This document shows positions 35,407-44,065 of a DNA stretch of 64,000 nt, piece after piece. The stretch is from assembly GCA_947598395.1 (NCBI GenBank), contig CANQFG010000002.1, positions 7,813 to 71,812 on the forward strand, given 5' to 3'. The stretch comes from an uncultured Bacilli bacterium (GTDB lineage: Bacteria; Bacillota_I; Bacilli_A; RF39; UBA660). The stretch's first letter is position 1. Every line of letters starts with the position of its first letter. A model generated the notes under the pieces. That model did no database searches and had not been told where the DNA came from. It worked only from the letters and a program-made list of their open reading frames with translations. A program made the translations under genes and the position numbers.

Positions 35407-36767
35407 TGGCGGATACACGAATTGACTATCTAACAATAAAGAAATTGGCGCGCGAAAGGGAAATATTGGCGGCCTATATCGCCCATCATGGACGCATAAC
35501 GGATTTAGGATATCTATGCGATAAATATACGAAAGAGGACGATGGAAAAATCTTTTCCTTGCGCATCCTTTACAACCATCTAAATGATTATCTTGCAAGT
35601 CCATATATTACCGAAAAAGAATTGGATAGTTATAAAAAAGCCAATCGCCTTCCCAAGAGTCTCGTTCTAAAGCGGGGCGAAGAATTGGTCGATACCTTTT
35701 TAAAGAGTGGCAGATGGAATGATTGCCTCAAATTTAGAAATATATATGCCCAAGAAGATGGTAAATTGTGGCGCTATGACCGCGAGGTTTTAGAAAAATA
35801 CATCAGTTATTTTTTAAATCATACGATGGATACGGAAAAGGTCATGAATTATAAATGGTGGTATGTCGCTCGAACGAAGAGCTATAATGCCCCTTATAAT
35901 ATGCAAAATATCGATGAGCTTTTGAGCCTCAAAGAAATGGATCAACGACGTGCCTATATCGAAGAATTGGGAATATCCAAGACCAATCTCCATAATATGA
36001 TAAATATTGCCTCCTTAGTCGCTCCGGAAAAGCGCCCGGCTTTGGCCACCCTCGAACCCTTACTTGCCCAACTTCCTAAACCCGAACATCGCGATTATGA
36101 TTATAAGGATTATCGAAAAAAGAATGAATCATCCGAAGAAAGCTATTCAGAGCGCCTTAAAAGACGTCGCGAGGAATTTATCGCCGCTTTAGACGAATAC
36201 ATGAGCGTCGATGAGCAAGATTTCTACGAATGGATCTATCTCAAACATGGATTTACGCTTGAACAAACGAGATATAATCTCGACCATTTTCGCAAGTACA
36301 GTCCCGAGTATGTCCCCTTAATAAATGACGTCCTAGCTAAACATCGCGCTTATGTCGATAAACATATGGCCGAACTTGAAAGCTTTCGCATCATGCTCGA
36401 AGAGGGAATAATGAAGAATGGCAAGTTGACAAGTCCGACGGCCTATGACTATTATCAAACCGTTACGATACCGCCGAAGGATGCCCTCGAGATGATCTTC
36501 CGGGAAAGGCGATGGAGCAACTTGGAATCCGTTCACCATTTTATTACGGCCAAAGTCTTGGGTCGGATATATCCTAATCGGGAAGAATTAAAAGCTAAAG
36601 TCAATTTTATCTATGAGAATAGCGAACCTACCGAAGCGGAAAAAGATGCCGCCATCGATTATATTATCTATCGCCAATGGCCCTTGACGGATTCTTTATA
36701 TATTGCCATCTTAAAGGAACATATTATCAATAATTTAGATTTAGATCATCAAAAATCACTCTTGTGA
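35406..36767 (+). CDS. hypothetical 453-aa helical protein, translationally coupled to era
   Basis: TAATG overlap with the era stop (35404-35408). No recognisable motifs. Occupies the era-yqzL interval, which is short in B. subtilis. Confidence 0.55.
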   Translation: MADTRIDYLTIKKLAREREILAAYIAHHGRITDLGYLCDKYTKEDDGKIFSLRILYNHLNDYLASPYITEKELDSYKKANRLPKSLVLKRGEELVDTFLKSGRWNDCLKFRNIYAQEDGKLWRYDREVLEKYISYFLNHTMDTEKVMNYKWWYVARTKSYNAPYNMQNIDELLSLKEMDQRRAYIEELGISKTNLHNMINIASLVAPEKRPALATLEPLLAQLPKPEHRDYDYKDYRKKNESSEESYSERLKRRREEFIAALDEYMSVDEQDFYEWIYLKHGFTLEQTRYNLDHFRKYSPEYVPLINDVLAKHRAYVDKHMAELESFRIMLEEGIMKNGKLTSPTAYDYYQTVTIPPKDALEMIFRERRWSNLESVHHFITAKVLGRIYPNREELKAKVNFIYENSEPTEAEKDAAIDYIIYRQWPLTDSLYIAILKEHIINNLDLDHQKSLL

Positions 36768-36816
36768 ATAAATAAGCGAAAATATTCCCACTATATTAAT
36801 AGAAAGGAATATTTTT

Positions 36817-36894
36817 ATGGATAAGAAAAAAGCTTGGGAAATGTTTAAAAAAACGGGAAAAATCGAATACTATTTGGAATATAAAAAGAAGTGA
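36817..36894 (+). CDS. yqzL: YqzL-like small protein (25 aa, MDKKKAWEMFKKTGKIEYYLEYKKK)
   Basis: Not in the ORF track. The W..F..TG.IE.YL.YK pattern and the position directly upstream of recO match B. subtilis yqzL. Confidence 0.65.
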   Translation: MDKKKAWEMFKKTGKIEYYLEYKKK

Positions 36895-36898
36895 TTAT

Positions 36899-37627
36899 AT
36901 GCTTAAAACAATTCGTGGCATCGTCGTCAATGAAACGCCCTATAGTGAAACTTCCAAGATCTTAAATATTCTTACGGAAGAGGGGATTGTCGGCGTAATT
37001 GCCAAGGGAGCTAAGAGTTTAAAGAGTCCCTTGCGCGTTATTGCCTGTAAATTTACCTATGCCGATTTTACGATCTATTACAATGAAGGTAAATTATCGA
37101 CTCTTAAAGAGGGAAGTATCGTCGATAATTTCAATCATGTCAAGACCGATTTAGTCTTAATTTCCTATCTATCATATATTACGGAGTTAGTCGTTCAAGT
37201 GATAAAACAACAGATGGCTCCCCAAATATTTCATCTCTATATCAGTACGATTAAAAAGCTCGATGAGGGTCTAAATCCCATGGTTATGATGAATATTTTG
37301 GAAATCAAACTCTTGGATTATTTGGGCGTCGGCATCGAACTCAATAGCTGCTGTGTCTGTGGCAGTACGAAAAATATTATCACGATCGATCCCGATCGTG
37401 GGGGATATATCTGTAGTAAATGTTATACGAATGAGATTATCTATGATGAAAAAACAAGAAAAATGCTTCGAATGTATTACCTCGTCGATATCGATTCGAT
37501 AACAGAACTCAAGATAAAGGACTATATCGTAACGAATATTAATCGCTTTTTAAATATCTATTATGATCGTTATACGGGATTATATCTTCAAAGTAAGAAT
37601 TTCTTAAATAATAATATTAATTTTTAA
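36899..37627 (+). CDS. recO: DNA repair protein RecO
   Basis: OB-fold N-terminus, zinc motif CCVCGS...CSKC, and synteny with era. Confidence 0.9.
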   Translation: MLKTIRGIVVNETPYSETSKILNILTEEGIVGVIAKGAKSLKSPLRVIACKFTYADFTIYYNEGKLSTLKEGSIVDNFNHVKTDLVLISYLSYITELVVQVIKQQMAPQIFHLYISTIKKLDEGLNPMVMMNILEIKLLDYLGVGIELNSCCVCGSTKNIITIDPDRGGYICSKCYTNEIIYDEKTRKMLRMYYLVDIDSITELKIKDYIVTNINRFLNIYYDRYTGLYLQSKNFLNNNINF

Positions 37628-37747
37628 AGGCTTTTATAAGTCTTTTTCTTTTGCTATAATAGAGGCAAGTGTTAATTAGGCATAAATTAGTTGCTGATTA
37701 TTTAGCTAATTATGTTATAATATGGAAATGAAAGCAAGGAAAATGAT

Positions 37748-39499
37748 ATGAATTTAAAAGACTTATATATAAATTTTTTTGTCAGCAAGGGGCATAAGCA
37801 AATTCCAAGTGCGCCCGTCGTTCCGGAAAATGATCCTTCAGTTCTCTTTAATACGGCAGGTATGCAGCCGCTTATTCCCAATCTCTTAGGGGCACCACAT
37901 CCTTATGGAACGCGGTTATGTGATTATCAAAAGTGCATTCGGACGGTCGATTTGGATGCCATTGGCGATACCTATCATCATACTTTCTTTGAGATGCTTG
38001 GCAATTGGAGTTTAGGAGATTACTTTAAAAAGGAAGCTATTACGTGGAGTTTTGAATTTTTAACGGAAGTGTTAAATATTCCCCTAAAACGTTTAGCCGT
38101 AACTGTCTTTGCGGGCAATGATGATGTTCCCTTTGATGAAGAGGCCTATAATATATGGCGGTCACTCGGGGTAAGTGAAGCGCGGATTGCCAAGACAGTC
38201 GATGATAATTTTTGGATTGCCGGCGATATTGGACCATGTGGTCCGGATACGGAGATGTACTATTGGCGCAGCAACGATCCAATTCCCGAAAATTTTAATC
38301 CCGAAGATAACCGTTGGGTAGAAATTTGGAACGATGTCTTCATGCAATATGTCCGTCATGAGGATGGAACGTTTACCGAACTTCCCAAGAAGAATGTCGA
38401 TACCGGAATGGGCGTCGAACGGACGACGGCCATCTTGGAAGGCAAAAACGATAATTATGAAGCAAGTATTTGGCAACCGATAATCAAGGAAATCGAAGAT
38501 ATCAGCCAAAAATCTTATTATGGCCACGAGGAGAGTATGCGCATCATTGCCGATCACTTGCGTACCGCCGTCTTTATTGCTGCCGATCCAGCCGGCATTA
38601 AGCCGAGCAATATTGATCAAGGTTATATCTTGCGGCGCATTATCAGACGGGCTATTCGTCATGCCAAAAAATTGGGCATCGATATCAATACGAATTGGGA
38701 AGAGCGCATCGCCAAACGCATTATGGATGAATATCAAGAATATTATCATGAACTCGTTACCAATCGCGATGTCGTCATTCAAGTATTGGAAACGGAAAAG
38801 AATAAATTTAATCGAACTCTCGAAAAAGGATTGCGCGAATTTTCTAAATTGACGGAAAATTTAACGGATAAAGTATTAAATAAGGATATCGCCTTTAAAT
38901 TATACGATACGTATGGTTTTCCCATCGAACTAACCGAAGAGTTGGCCTCCGAAAAGGGCATTACCGTCGATATCGAAGGCTTTAAGGAGAAGTTTAAGGC
39001 CCATCAAGAGTTATCGCGAACGAATTCACAAGGTAAATTTAAAGGTGGTCTTGCGGGAAATTCGGAAATTGAAACGAAGTATCATACGGCTACGCATTTG
39101 CTCAATGCTGCCTTAAAGGAAGTCATCAGCAAGGATATTCATCAAAGGGGTTCGAATATTACGGCCGAACGCATGCGCTTTGACTTTAACTGCGATCATA
39201 AACTTACGGATGAAGAGAAGGCTAGTGTCGAGAATTTAGTCAATAAATGGATTAATGATAAATTAGATGTCGTCGTTACGGAGATGGATAAGAATGAAGC
39301 TATTGCTTCGGGAGCCGAGTGTATGTTTATCGAAAAATATCCCGATCGCGTAACGGTATATACGATTGGCGATATATCGAAGGAATTATGTGGGGGCCCA
39401 CATGTCAAAAATACGGGAGAACTCGGACACTTTAAGATCGTCAAGGAAGAGGCTAGTTCAGCGGGTGTTCGACGCATTAAAGCCGTCTTGGAAGATTAG
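37748..39499 (+). CDS. alaS: alanine--tRNA ligase, short form (583 aa)
   Basis: FFVSKGHKQIPSAPVVP.NDPSVLFNTAGMQP, HHTFFEMLGNWSLGDYFK, GPCGPDTEMYY, WNDVFMQY, VDTGMGVERT, ADHLR, GYILRRIIRRA, YDTYGFP, then the editing-core motifs HTATHLL and CGGPHV. Ends at GVRRIKAVLED. Confidence 0.85.
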   Translation: MNLKDLYINFFVSKGHKQIPSAPVVPENDPSVLFNTAGMQPLIPNLLGAPHPYGTRLCDYQKCIRTVDLDAIGDTYHHTFFEMLGNWSLGDYFKKEAITWSFEFLTEVLNIPLKRLAVTVFAGNDDVPFDEEAYNIWRSLGVSEARIAKTVDDNFWIAGDIGPCGPDTEMYYWRSNDPIPENFNPEDNRWVEIWNDVFMQYVRHEDGTFTELPKKNVDTGMGVERTTAILEGKNDNYEASIWQPIIKEIEDISQKSYYGHEESMRIIADHLRTAVFIAADPAGIKPSNIDQGYILRRIIRRAIRHAKKLGIDINTNWEERIAKRIMDEYQEYYHELVTNRDVVIQVLETEKNKFNRTLEKGLREFSKLTENLTDKVLNKDIAFKLYDTYGFPIELTEELASEKGITVDIEGFKEKFKAHQELSRTNSQGKFKGGLAGNSEIETKYHTATHLLNAALKEVISKDIHQRGSNITAERMRFDFNCDHKLTDEEKASVENLVNKWINDKLDVVVTEMDKNEAIASGAECMFIEKYPDRVTVYTIGDISKELCGGPHVKNTGELGHFKIVKEEASSAGVRRIKAVLED

Positions 39500-39514
39500 T
39501 AAAGGAGTAAACTT

Positions 39515-39979
39515 ATGGAAAAGAAGGAAACGAAGAAGAAAATTGTCAAGGAGGAAATATCCGTCGTTCAAGGGAAATGTACGGGCTTTATCAATGAATT
39601 TAAGAGCTTTATCCTTCGGGGTAATGTCATGAATCTCGCCGTCGGCGTCTTAATTGGTGCCTCATTTCAAGGCTTAGTTACCAGCTTGACGGATAATATT
39701 ATCTCGCCGATCTTGGGAAGCTTTAGCAAAGTCGATTTCAGTGAATTTGCCTTAAATATCGGCAATCTTCATTTGAGTTATGGAGCTTTTATAACCGATG
39801 TCATCAATTTCATCATCATGGCCTTTGTCATCTTCTTATTGGTAAAGATGTTTGCCCAACTTGAAAATATTGGCAAGAAAAAGGAAGTCGTCGAAAGCGA
39901 TACTGTCAAAGAGAAGAAGAGCGATGAAGTAATCCTCTTAGAGGAAATTCGCGATTTATTAAAGAATAATAAAAAATAA
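39515..39979 (+). CDS. mscL: large-conductance mechanosensitive channel
   Basis: FKSFILRGNVMNLAVGVLIGASFQGLVTSLTDNIISPILG is the canonical MscL N-terminus. Confidence 0.95.
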   Translation: MEKKETKKKIVKEEISVVQGKCTGFINEFKSFILRGNVMNLAVGVLIGASFQGLVTSLTDNIISPILGSFSKVDFSEFALNIGNLHLSYGAFITDVINFIIMAFVIFLLVKMFAQLENIGKKKEVVESDTVKEKKSDEVILLEEIRDLLKNNKK

Positions 39980-40062
39980 CCGATTGAGGTTATTTTTTAT
40001 TGAAAGTATTTAAAAGAAAGCGATTGTATGCTATAATTTTAGTATAATTGGAGACTGATACT

Positions 40063-41301
40063 ATGAACATGGTCGATATCATTATGCGCAAGAAAAATAA
40101 GCATGCTCTATCGTATGATGAGTTGGAGTTTGCCTTCCTTGGCTATCTCAAGAAGGAGATACCGGATTATCAGATGAGTGCTCTATTGATGGCAATTGCC
40201 CTAAATGGCATGAATATTACGGAGACGATTGCCTTAACCGATATCTTCATAAAGAGTGGGGATCGGTACAATTTAGGCGAAAAGATGCGCTATGTCGTCG
40301 ATAAGCATTCGACGGGAGGAGTTGGCGATACGACGACGTTGATCGTTGGGCCCCTTTGTGCTTCCTTGGGCTTAAAGATGGCCAAGATGAGTGGCCGCGG
40401 CTTGGGAACGACGGGTGGAACCATCGATAAGGTCAAGAGTATTCCCGGCTTTAATGTCGATTTAGATGAGGAGACGTTCGTCAAACAAGTTTCCGATCTG
40501 GGTTTTGCCCTTTCGAGTCAGACGCCAACCCTCGTTCCCTTGGATAAAGTCATCTATGAACTGCGCGATGTCACCGGAACGACGGAGTCAATTCCCCTTA
40601 TCGCCTCGAGCATCATGTCAAAAAAGATCGCCGTTGGCGCTAAGGATATCTTGATCGATATCAAAGTTGGAAGTGGGGCTCTCATTAAAAATCGGGAAGA
40701 TGGCAAGCTCTTAAGCGAGTGGCTTACGACGATTGGCGAGTCCTTTCATTGCCATGTCAAGACGATCCTTTCGGATATGAATAGTCCCTTATCGCGCGCG
40801 GTCGGCAATGCCTTGGAGGTCGCCGAAGCCGTCGGCGTACTTCATGGCAAAGTATCGCCCCTTTATTATACTTCGGTGGAAATTGCCGCCAATTTGCTGG
40901 CGATGGCCAAGAATATGAGCTATGAAGAAGCCCAAATTCGTACCGAAAAGGCAATCAAGGATGGAACGGCTTTGAAATATTTTTATAAGTTTGTGAAAGC
41001 CCAAGGCGGGGATTTGAGCCAATTGACGTTGGCAGAGCATATCGTCAAAGTCAAGGCCCAAGAAGATGGGACGATCTTAGAACTAGACGCCTTAGGAGCT
41101 GCTAAGCTCGCCGCCAAATTGGGGGCTGCCCGAATGAAATTGGACGATGATATCGATTATGGTGTCGGCCTATATTTCAAGCGCTTTGTCGGCGATGAAG
41201 TTCATAAAGGGGATACGATTTTGTATTTATATATTAATGATTTAAAAATTAAATTTAATCAAAGTGATTTTGATTTTATAAAGATAAATAATATGGTATA
41301 A
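40063..41301 (+). CDS. pdp: pyrimidine-nucleoside phosphorylase
   Basis: DKHSTGGVGDTTTL, SGRGLGTTGGTIDK, and a full-length pattern. Confidence 0.9.
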   Translation: MNMVDIIMRKKNKHALSYDELEFAFLGYLKKEIPDYQMSALLMAIALNGMNITETIALTDIFIKSGDRYNLGEKMRYVVDKHSTGGVGDTTTLIVGPLCASLGLKMAKMSGRGLGTTGGTIDKVKSIPGFNVDLDEETFVKQVSDLGFALSSQTPTLVPLDKVIYELRDVTGTTESIPLIASSIMSKKIAVGAKDILIDIKVGSGALIKNREDGKLLSEWLTTIGESFHCHVKTILSDMNSPLSRAVGNALEVAEAVGVLHGKVSPLYYTSVEIAANLLAMAKNMSYEEAQIRTEKAIKDGTALKYFYKFVKAQGGDLSQLTLAEHIVKVKAQEDGTILELDALGAAKLAAKLGAARMKLDDDIDYGVGLYFKRFVGDEVHKGDTILYLYINDLKIKFNQSDFDFIKINNMV

Positions 41302-41327
41302 TGATTTAAGATAAAGAGGTTGGTTTT

Positions 41328-43082
41328 ATGTTTGGAAAAATAAAATATATTGATGATATAACGGCCGTTGTCGAGATTCATAAGGAGAATATGGTCGTTC
41401 CTAATTTGATGAATTTGCATGTCGTCTTTGAAACGGAAGATTTAAAATTATTGGGAGAAGTCAAGAAGGCCGATGAAGAGACCGTCAGCATCGATTTGAT
41501 GGGGCAATTTGTGGGCAATCGCTTTATTGCTGGTACGATAAAAAAGCCAACGCTCGATAGCAAGGTTCGCATTATCAATGATGAAGAGTTGAATATTATC
41601 TTGGGCTCTAATCAATTGGGTTCGATGTATTTGGGCAAATCGGCCATCTATGGTGGCAAAGATGTCTTTGTCGATATTAACGATATGTTTTCCAATCATC
41701 TATCGATTTTTGGTAATACTGGTTCCGGTAAGAGTTGTTCGGTAGCCCGCATCATTCAAAATATCTTCTTAAATAAAAACTTTTTGACCTTTAATGCCAA
41801 TTTATTTATCTTTGATGCCTATGGCGAATATAAGACGGCCTTCAAGGCTCTCAATCAATTTAATCCGAACTACCAATATAAATTTATAACCTCTAATCCG
41901 ACGGATCCAACGGATGTCTTGCTAAAGATTCCGGTCTTCCTTTTGACGATTGATGATGTCTGTCTCTTGCTCGAAGCGGATAACCACCATCAATATACGA
42001 TCGTCGAACGGATGTTAAAGTTAGCTAAATTATTTTCCAAGGACGATGATGATACGCGAAAGCTAAAAAATCATCTCATTGCCAAGGCGATCATGTCGGT
42101 CTTGTTTTCCAATCAAAATGCCTCGGGTAAGAAAAATGATATCTTTACGATTATTGCCGATTGTTCGACGCCGGAATTCAATGTCGATACGGATATTCAA
42201 GGAATTGGCTATACGCGTAAATTCTCCGAATGTTTTGGCATCGACCGCAATGGTGAATTTGGCGAATCTGTCCTCATTAACGAATATTTATTGAAGTTTA
42301 TCGATGATGAATTGGAAATGCGCATGGAGGCACCAAAAGATGCCTATTATACCTTAGATGATTTGGAACGGGCGTTATCGTTTACCTTGATCGGCGAGGG
42401 ATTTTTGAATAATCGCATCATGCAAGATAATGCCGTCATATTACAAGTTCGGCTTCATTCTTTAAACAATTCTTCAAACCGCAAATTCTTTGAAATTCCG
42501 AATTATATTACCCTCGAAAGTTATATATCGAGTTTAATTGTCTTAAATAATCGGCGTAGTCAAATCGTCAATATCAATCTCGAAGATGTCGACGATAACC
42601 TTGCTAAGACGATGGTCAAGATCTTTTGTAAGATGATTTTTGACTTTGCCAAAGGGCGCAAGGAAAGAGCGGCGATACCATTCCATTTGTTCATCGAAGA
42701 GGCGCACCGTTATGTCGTATCCGATAACGATCACTTCTTGCTTGGCTATAATATCTTTGAACGGATTGCCAAGGAAGGTCGGAAATATGGCGTCATGCTC
42801 GATTTAGTCAGTCAACGGCCAGTTGAAATATCCGAAACGGTTATTGCCCAAATGAGTAATTTCTGTATTCTCAAAATGACCCATCCGCGCGATCTCGATT
42901 ATATCAATAAGATGTTGCCAAATATTTCGGGGGATATTATCGAAAAATTGACGTCCTTACAAAGTGGAACGATGGTAGCCTTCGGCAATGCCTTCAAAAT
43001 TCCTTTGATCGTCAAAATGGATATGCCCAATCCAGCACCATATTCTTCAAACTGTAATGTCGTCGAACGTTGGAAAGCCTAA
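41328..43082 (+). CDS. HerA-like (DUF87) ATPase with N-terminal HAS-barrel
   Basis: Walker A GNTGSGKS, Walker B HLFIEEAHRY, GRKYGVMLDLVSQRP. A ~110-aa N-terminal barrel-like region. Confidence 0.75.
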   Translation: MFGKIKYIDDITAVVEIHKENMVVPNLMNLHVVFETEDLKLLGEVKKADEETVSIDLMGQFVGNRFIAGTIKKPTLDSKVRIINDEELNIILGSNQLGSMYLGKSAIYGGKDVFVDINDMFSNHLSIFGNTGSGKSCSVARIIQNIFLNKNFLTFNANLFIFDAYGEYKTAFKALNQFNPNYQYKFITSNPTDPTDVLLKIPVFLLTIDDVCLLLEADNHHQYTIVERMLKLAKLFSKDDDDTRKLKNHLIAKAIMSVLFSNQNASGKKNDIFTIIADCSTPEFNVDTDIQGIGYTRKFSECFGIDRNGEFGESVLINEYLLKFIDDELEMRMEAPKDAYYTLDDLERALSFTLIGEGFLNNRIMQDNAVILQVRLHSLNNSSNRKFFEIPNYITLESYISSLIVLNNRRSQIVNINLEDVDDNLAKTMVKIFCKMIFDFAKGRKERAAIPFHLFIEEAHRYVVSDNDHFLLGYNIFERIAKEGRKYGVMLDLVSQRPVEISETVIAQMSNFCILKMTHPRDLDYINKMLPNISGDIIEKLTSLQSGTMVAFGNAFKIPLIVKMDMPNPAPYSSNCNVVERWKA

Positions 43083-43152
43083 AAGGGCTTTTTTTGTCAA
43101 ATAAATGCTAATTACTTTACTAATTAATGAATAATATGATATATTTAATGTA

Positions 43153-43322
43153 CCTAAGAGAGGTTTATACTATAAAACCGACTAATTGTGATATCTTGGG
43201 AATCTAATTACCTTGCGGTGTCGAAGACCTTGTCTTTTTTAAAGAATGTAGGGATCCTGAAGTAGGGTATGTGATGCCCACCTCGTGTGAGCGGGTCTTT
43301 TATCACGCAGACTTCTCTTAGG
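43153..43322 (+). ncRNA. ssrS: candidate 6S RNA (alternatively a cis-acting leader of tcdA)
   Basis: The 5' CCTAAGAGA (43153-61) pairs with the 3' TCTCTTAGG (43314-22). Further 5'/3' pairing (GTGATA 43189-94 with TATCAC 43301-06) gives a long irregular rod. A T run follows. B. subtilis 6S-1 (bsrA) lies next to yrvM/tcdA, as I recall. Confidence 0.45.
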
Positions 43323-43366
43323 CTTTTTATTTGTAATTTTTTCTTTATGAAGGGAAGTACTAAGAG

Positions 43367-44038
43367 ATGTTTGAACGCACGATTGCTTTAATTGGCCAAG
43401 ATAATTTTCAAAAATTGCAAAATAGCAAAGTCTTGCTCATCGGAGTAGGTGGCGTAGGGTCATATGCTTTAGAGGCCTTAGTCCGCAACGGCATTGGGCA
43501 TATTACGATAATCGATGCCGATAAAATTGAATTGTCGAATCTCAATCGGCAATTGATGACTTGCCAAGATAATATTGGCACGTCAAAAGTCGAAGCGGCC
43601 ACTCTTCGTGCTCGGGCGATTAATCCCGATATCGATATTGCCGGTTATGAAGTATTTTTAGATAAAAGTAATATCGAAGAATATATAGACTCTAATTATG
43701 ATTATATCATCGATGCCTGCGATACGATTGAAGTCAAGTTTATGCTCATGGAATTATCCTTAAAGTATTCCTATAAGTTGATATCGGCTATGGGAACTGC
43801 TAAGAAGATCGATCCTACCAAGTTGGAAATAACGACGCTCGATAAAACGCGCAATGACCCGTTGGCCCGTATCTTGCGTAAAAAAGTTAAAGACGCCCAC
43901 ATTAATAAGAAGTTGATGGTCGTCTCCAGTACGGAAAACCCCGTAAAAATGGTCCCTTTGGGTAGCAATAATCTCGTTCCCAGTGTTGCTGGTCTTTTAT
44001 GCGTATCCTTCATTATAAACGATATTTTAAAGCATTAA
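43367..44038 (+). CDS. tcdA: tRNA threonylcarbamoyladenosine dehydratase (ThiF/MoeB-like)
   Basis: VLLIGVGGVGSYALEALVRNGIGHITIIDADKIELSNLNRQ; size ~225 aa (YrvM-like). Confidence 0.85.
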   Translation: MFERTIALIGQDNFQKLQNSKVLLIGVGGVGSYALEALVRNGIGHITIIDADKIELSNLNRQLMTCQDNIGTSKVEAATLRARAINPDIDIAGYEVFLDKSNIEEYIDSNYDYIIDACDTIEVKFMLMELSLKYSYKLISAMGTAKKIDPTKLEITTLDKTRNDPLARILRKKVKDAHINKKLMVVSSTENPVKMVPLGSNNLVPSVAGLLCVSFIINDILKH

Positions 44039-44065
44039 ATATCGTTTTTTTTCATATGCTTTATT

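Noticed and set aside
38162-38782. 206-aa minus-strand ORF and other ORFs over 60 aa antisense to or overlapping alaS, sigA (23427..23900), lepA, relA, uvrC and others.
   Set aside because: They are fully embedded in well-supported genes on the other strand or frame. They lack RBSs and have low-complexity, non-protein-like composition.
41328-43082. HerA-like ATPase as the core of a defence system (Sir2-HerA or DUF4297-HerA type).
   Set aside because: No adjacent effector gene on either side, and both flanks are housekeeping. Reported only as an orphan HerA.
43100-43366. T-box or riboswitch leader upstream of tcdA.
   Set aside because: I could not find T-box (AGGGUGGNACCGCG-like), TPP, SAM, purine or other riboswitch core motifs by eye. 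End-to-end pairing and B. subtilis synteny favour 6S RNA. This is kept as the alternative in the feature and finding.
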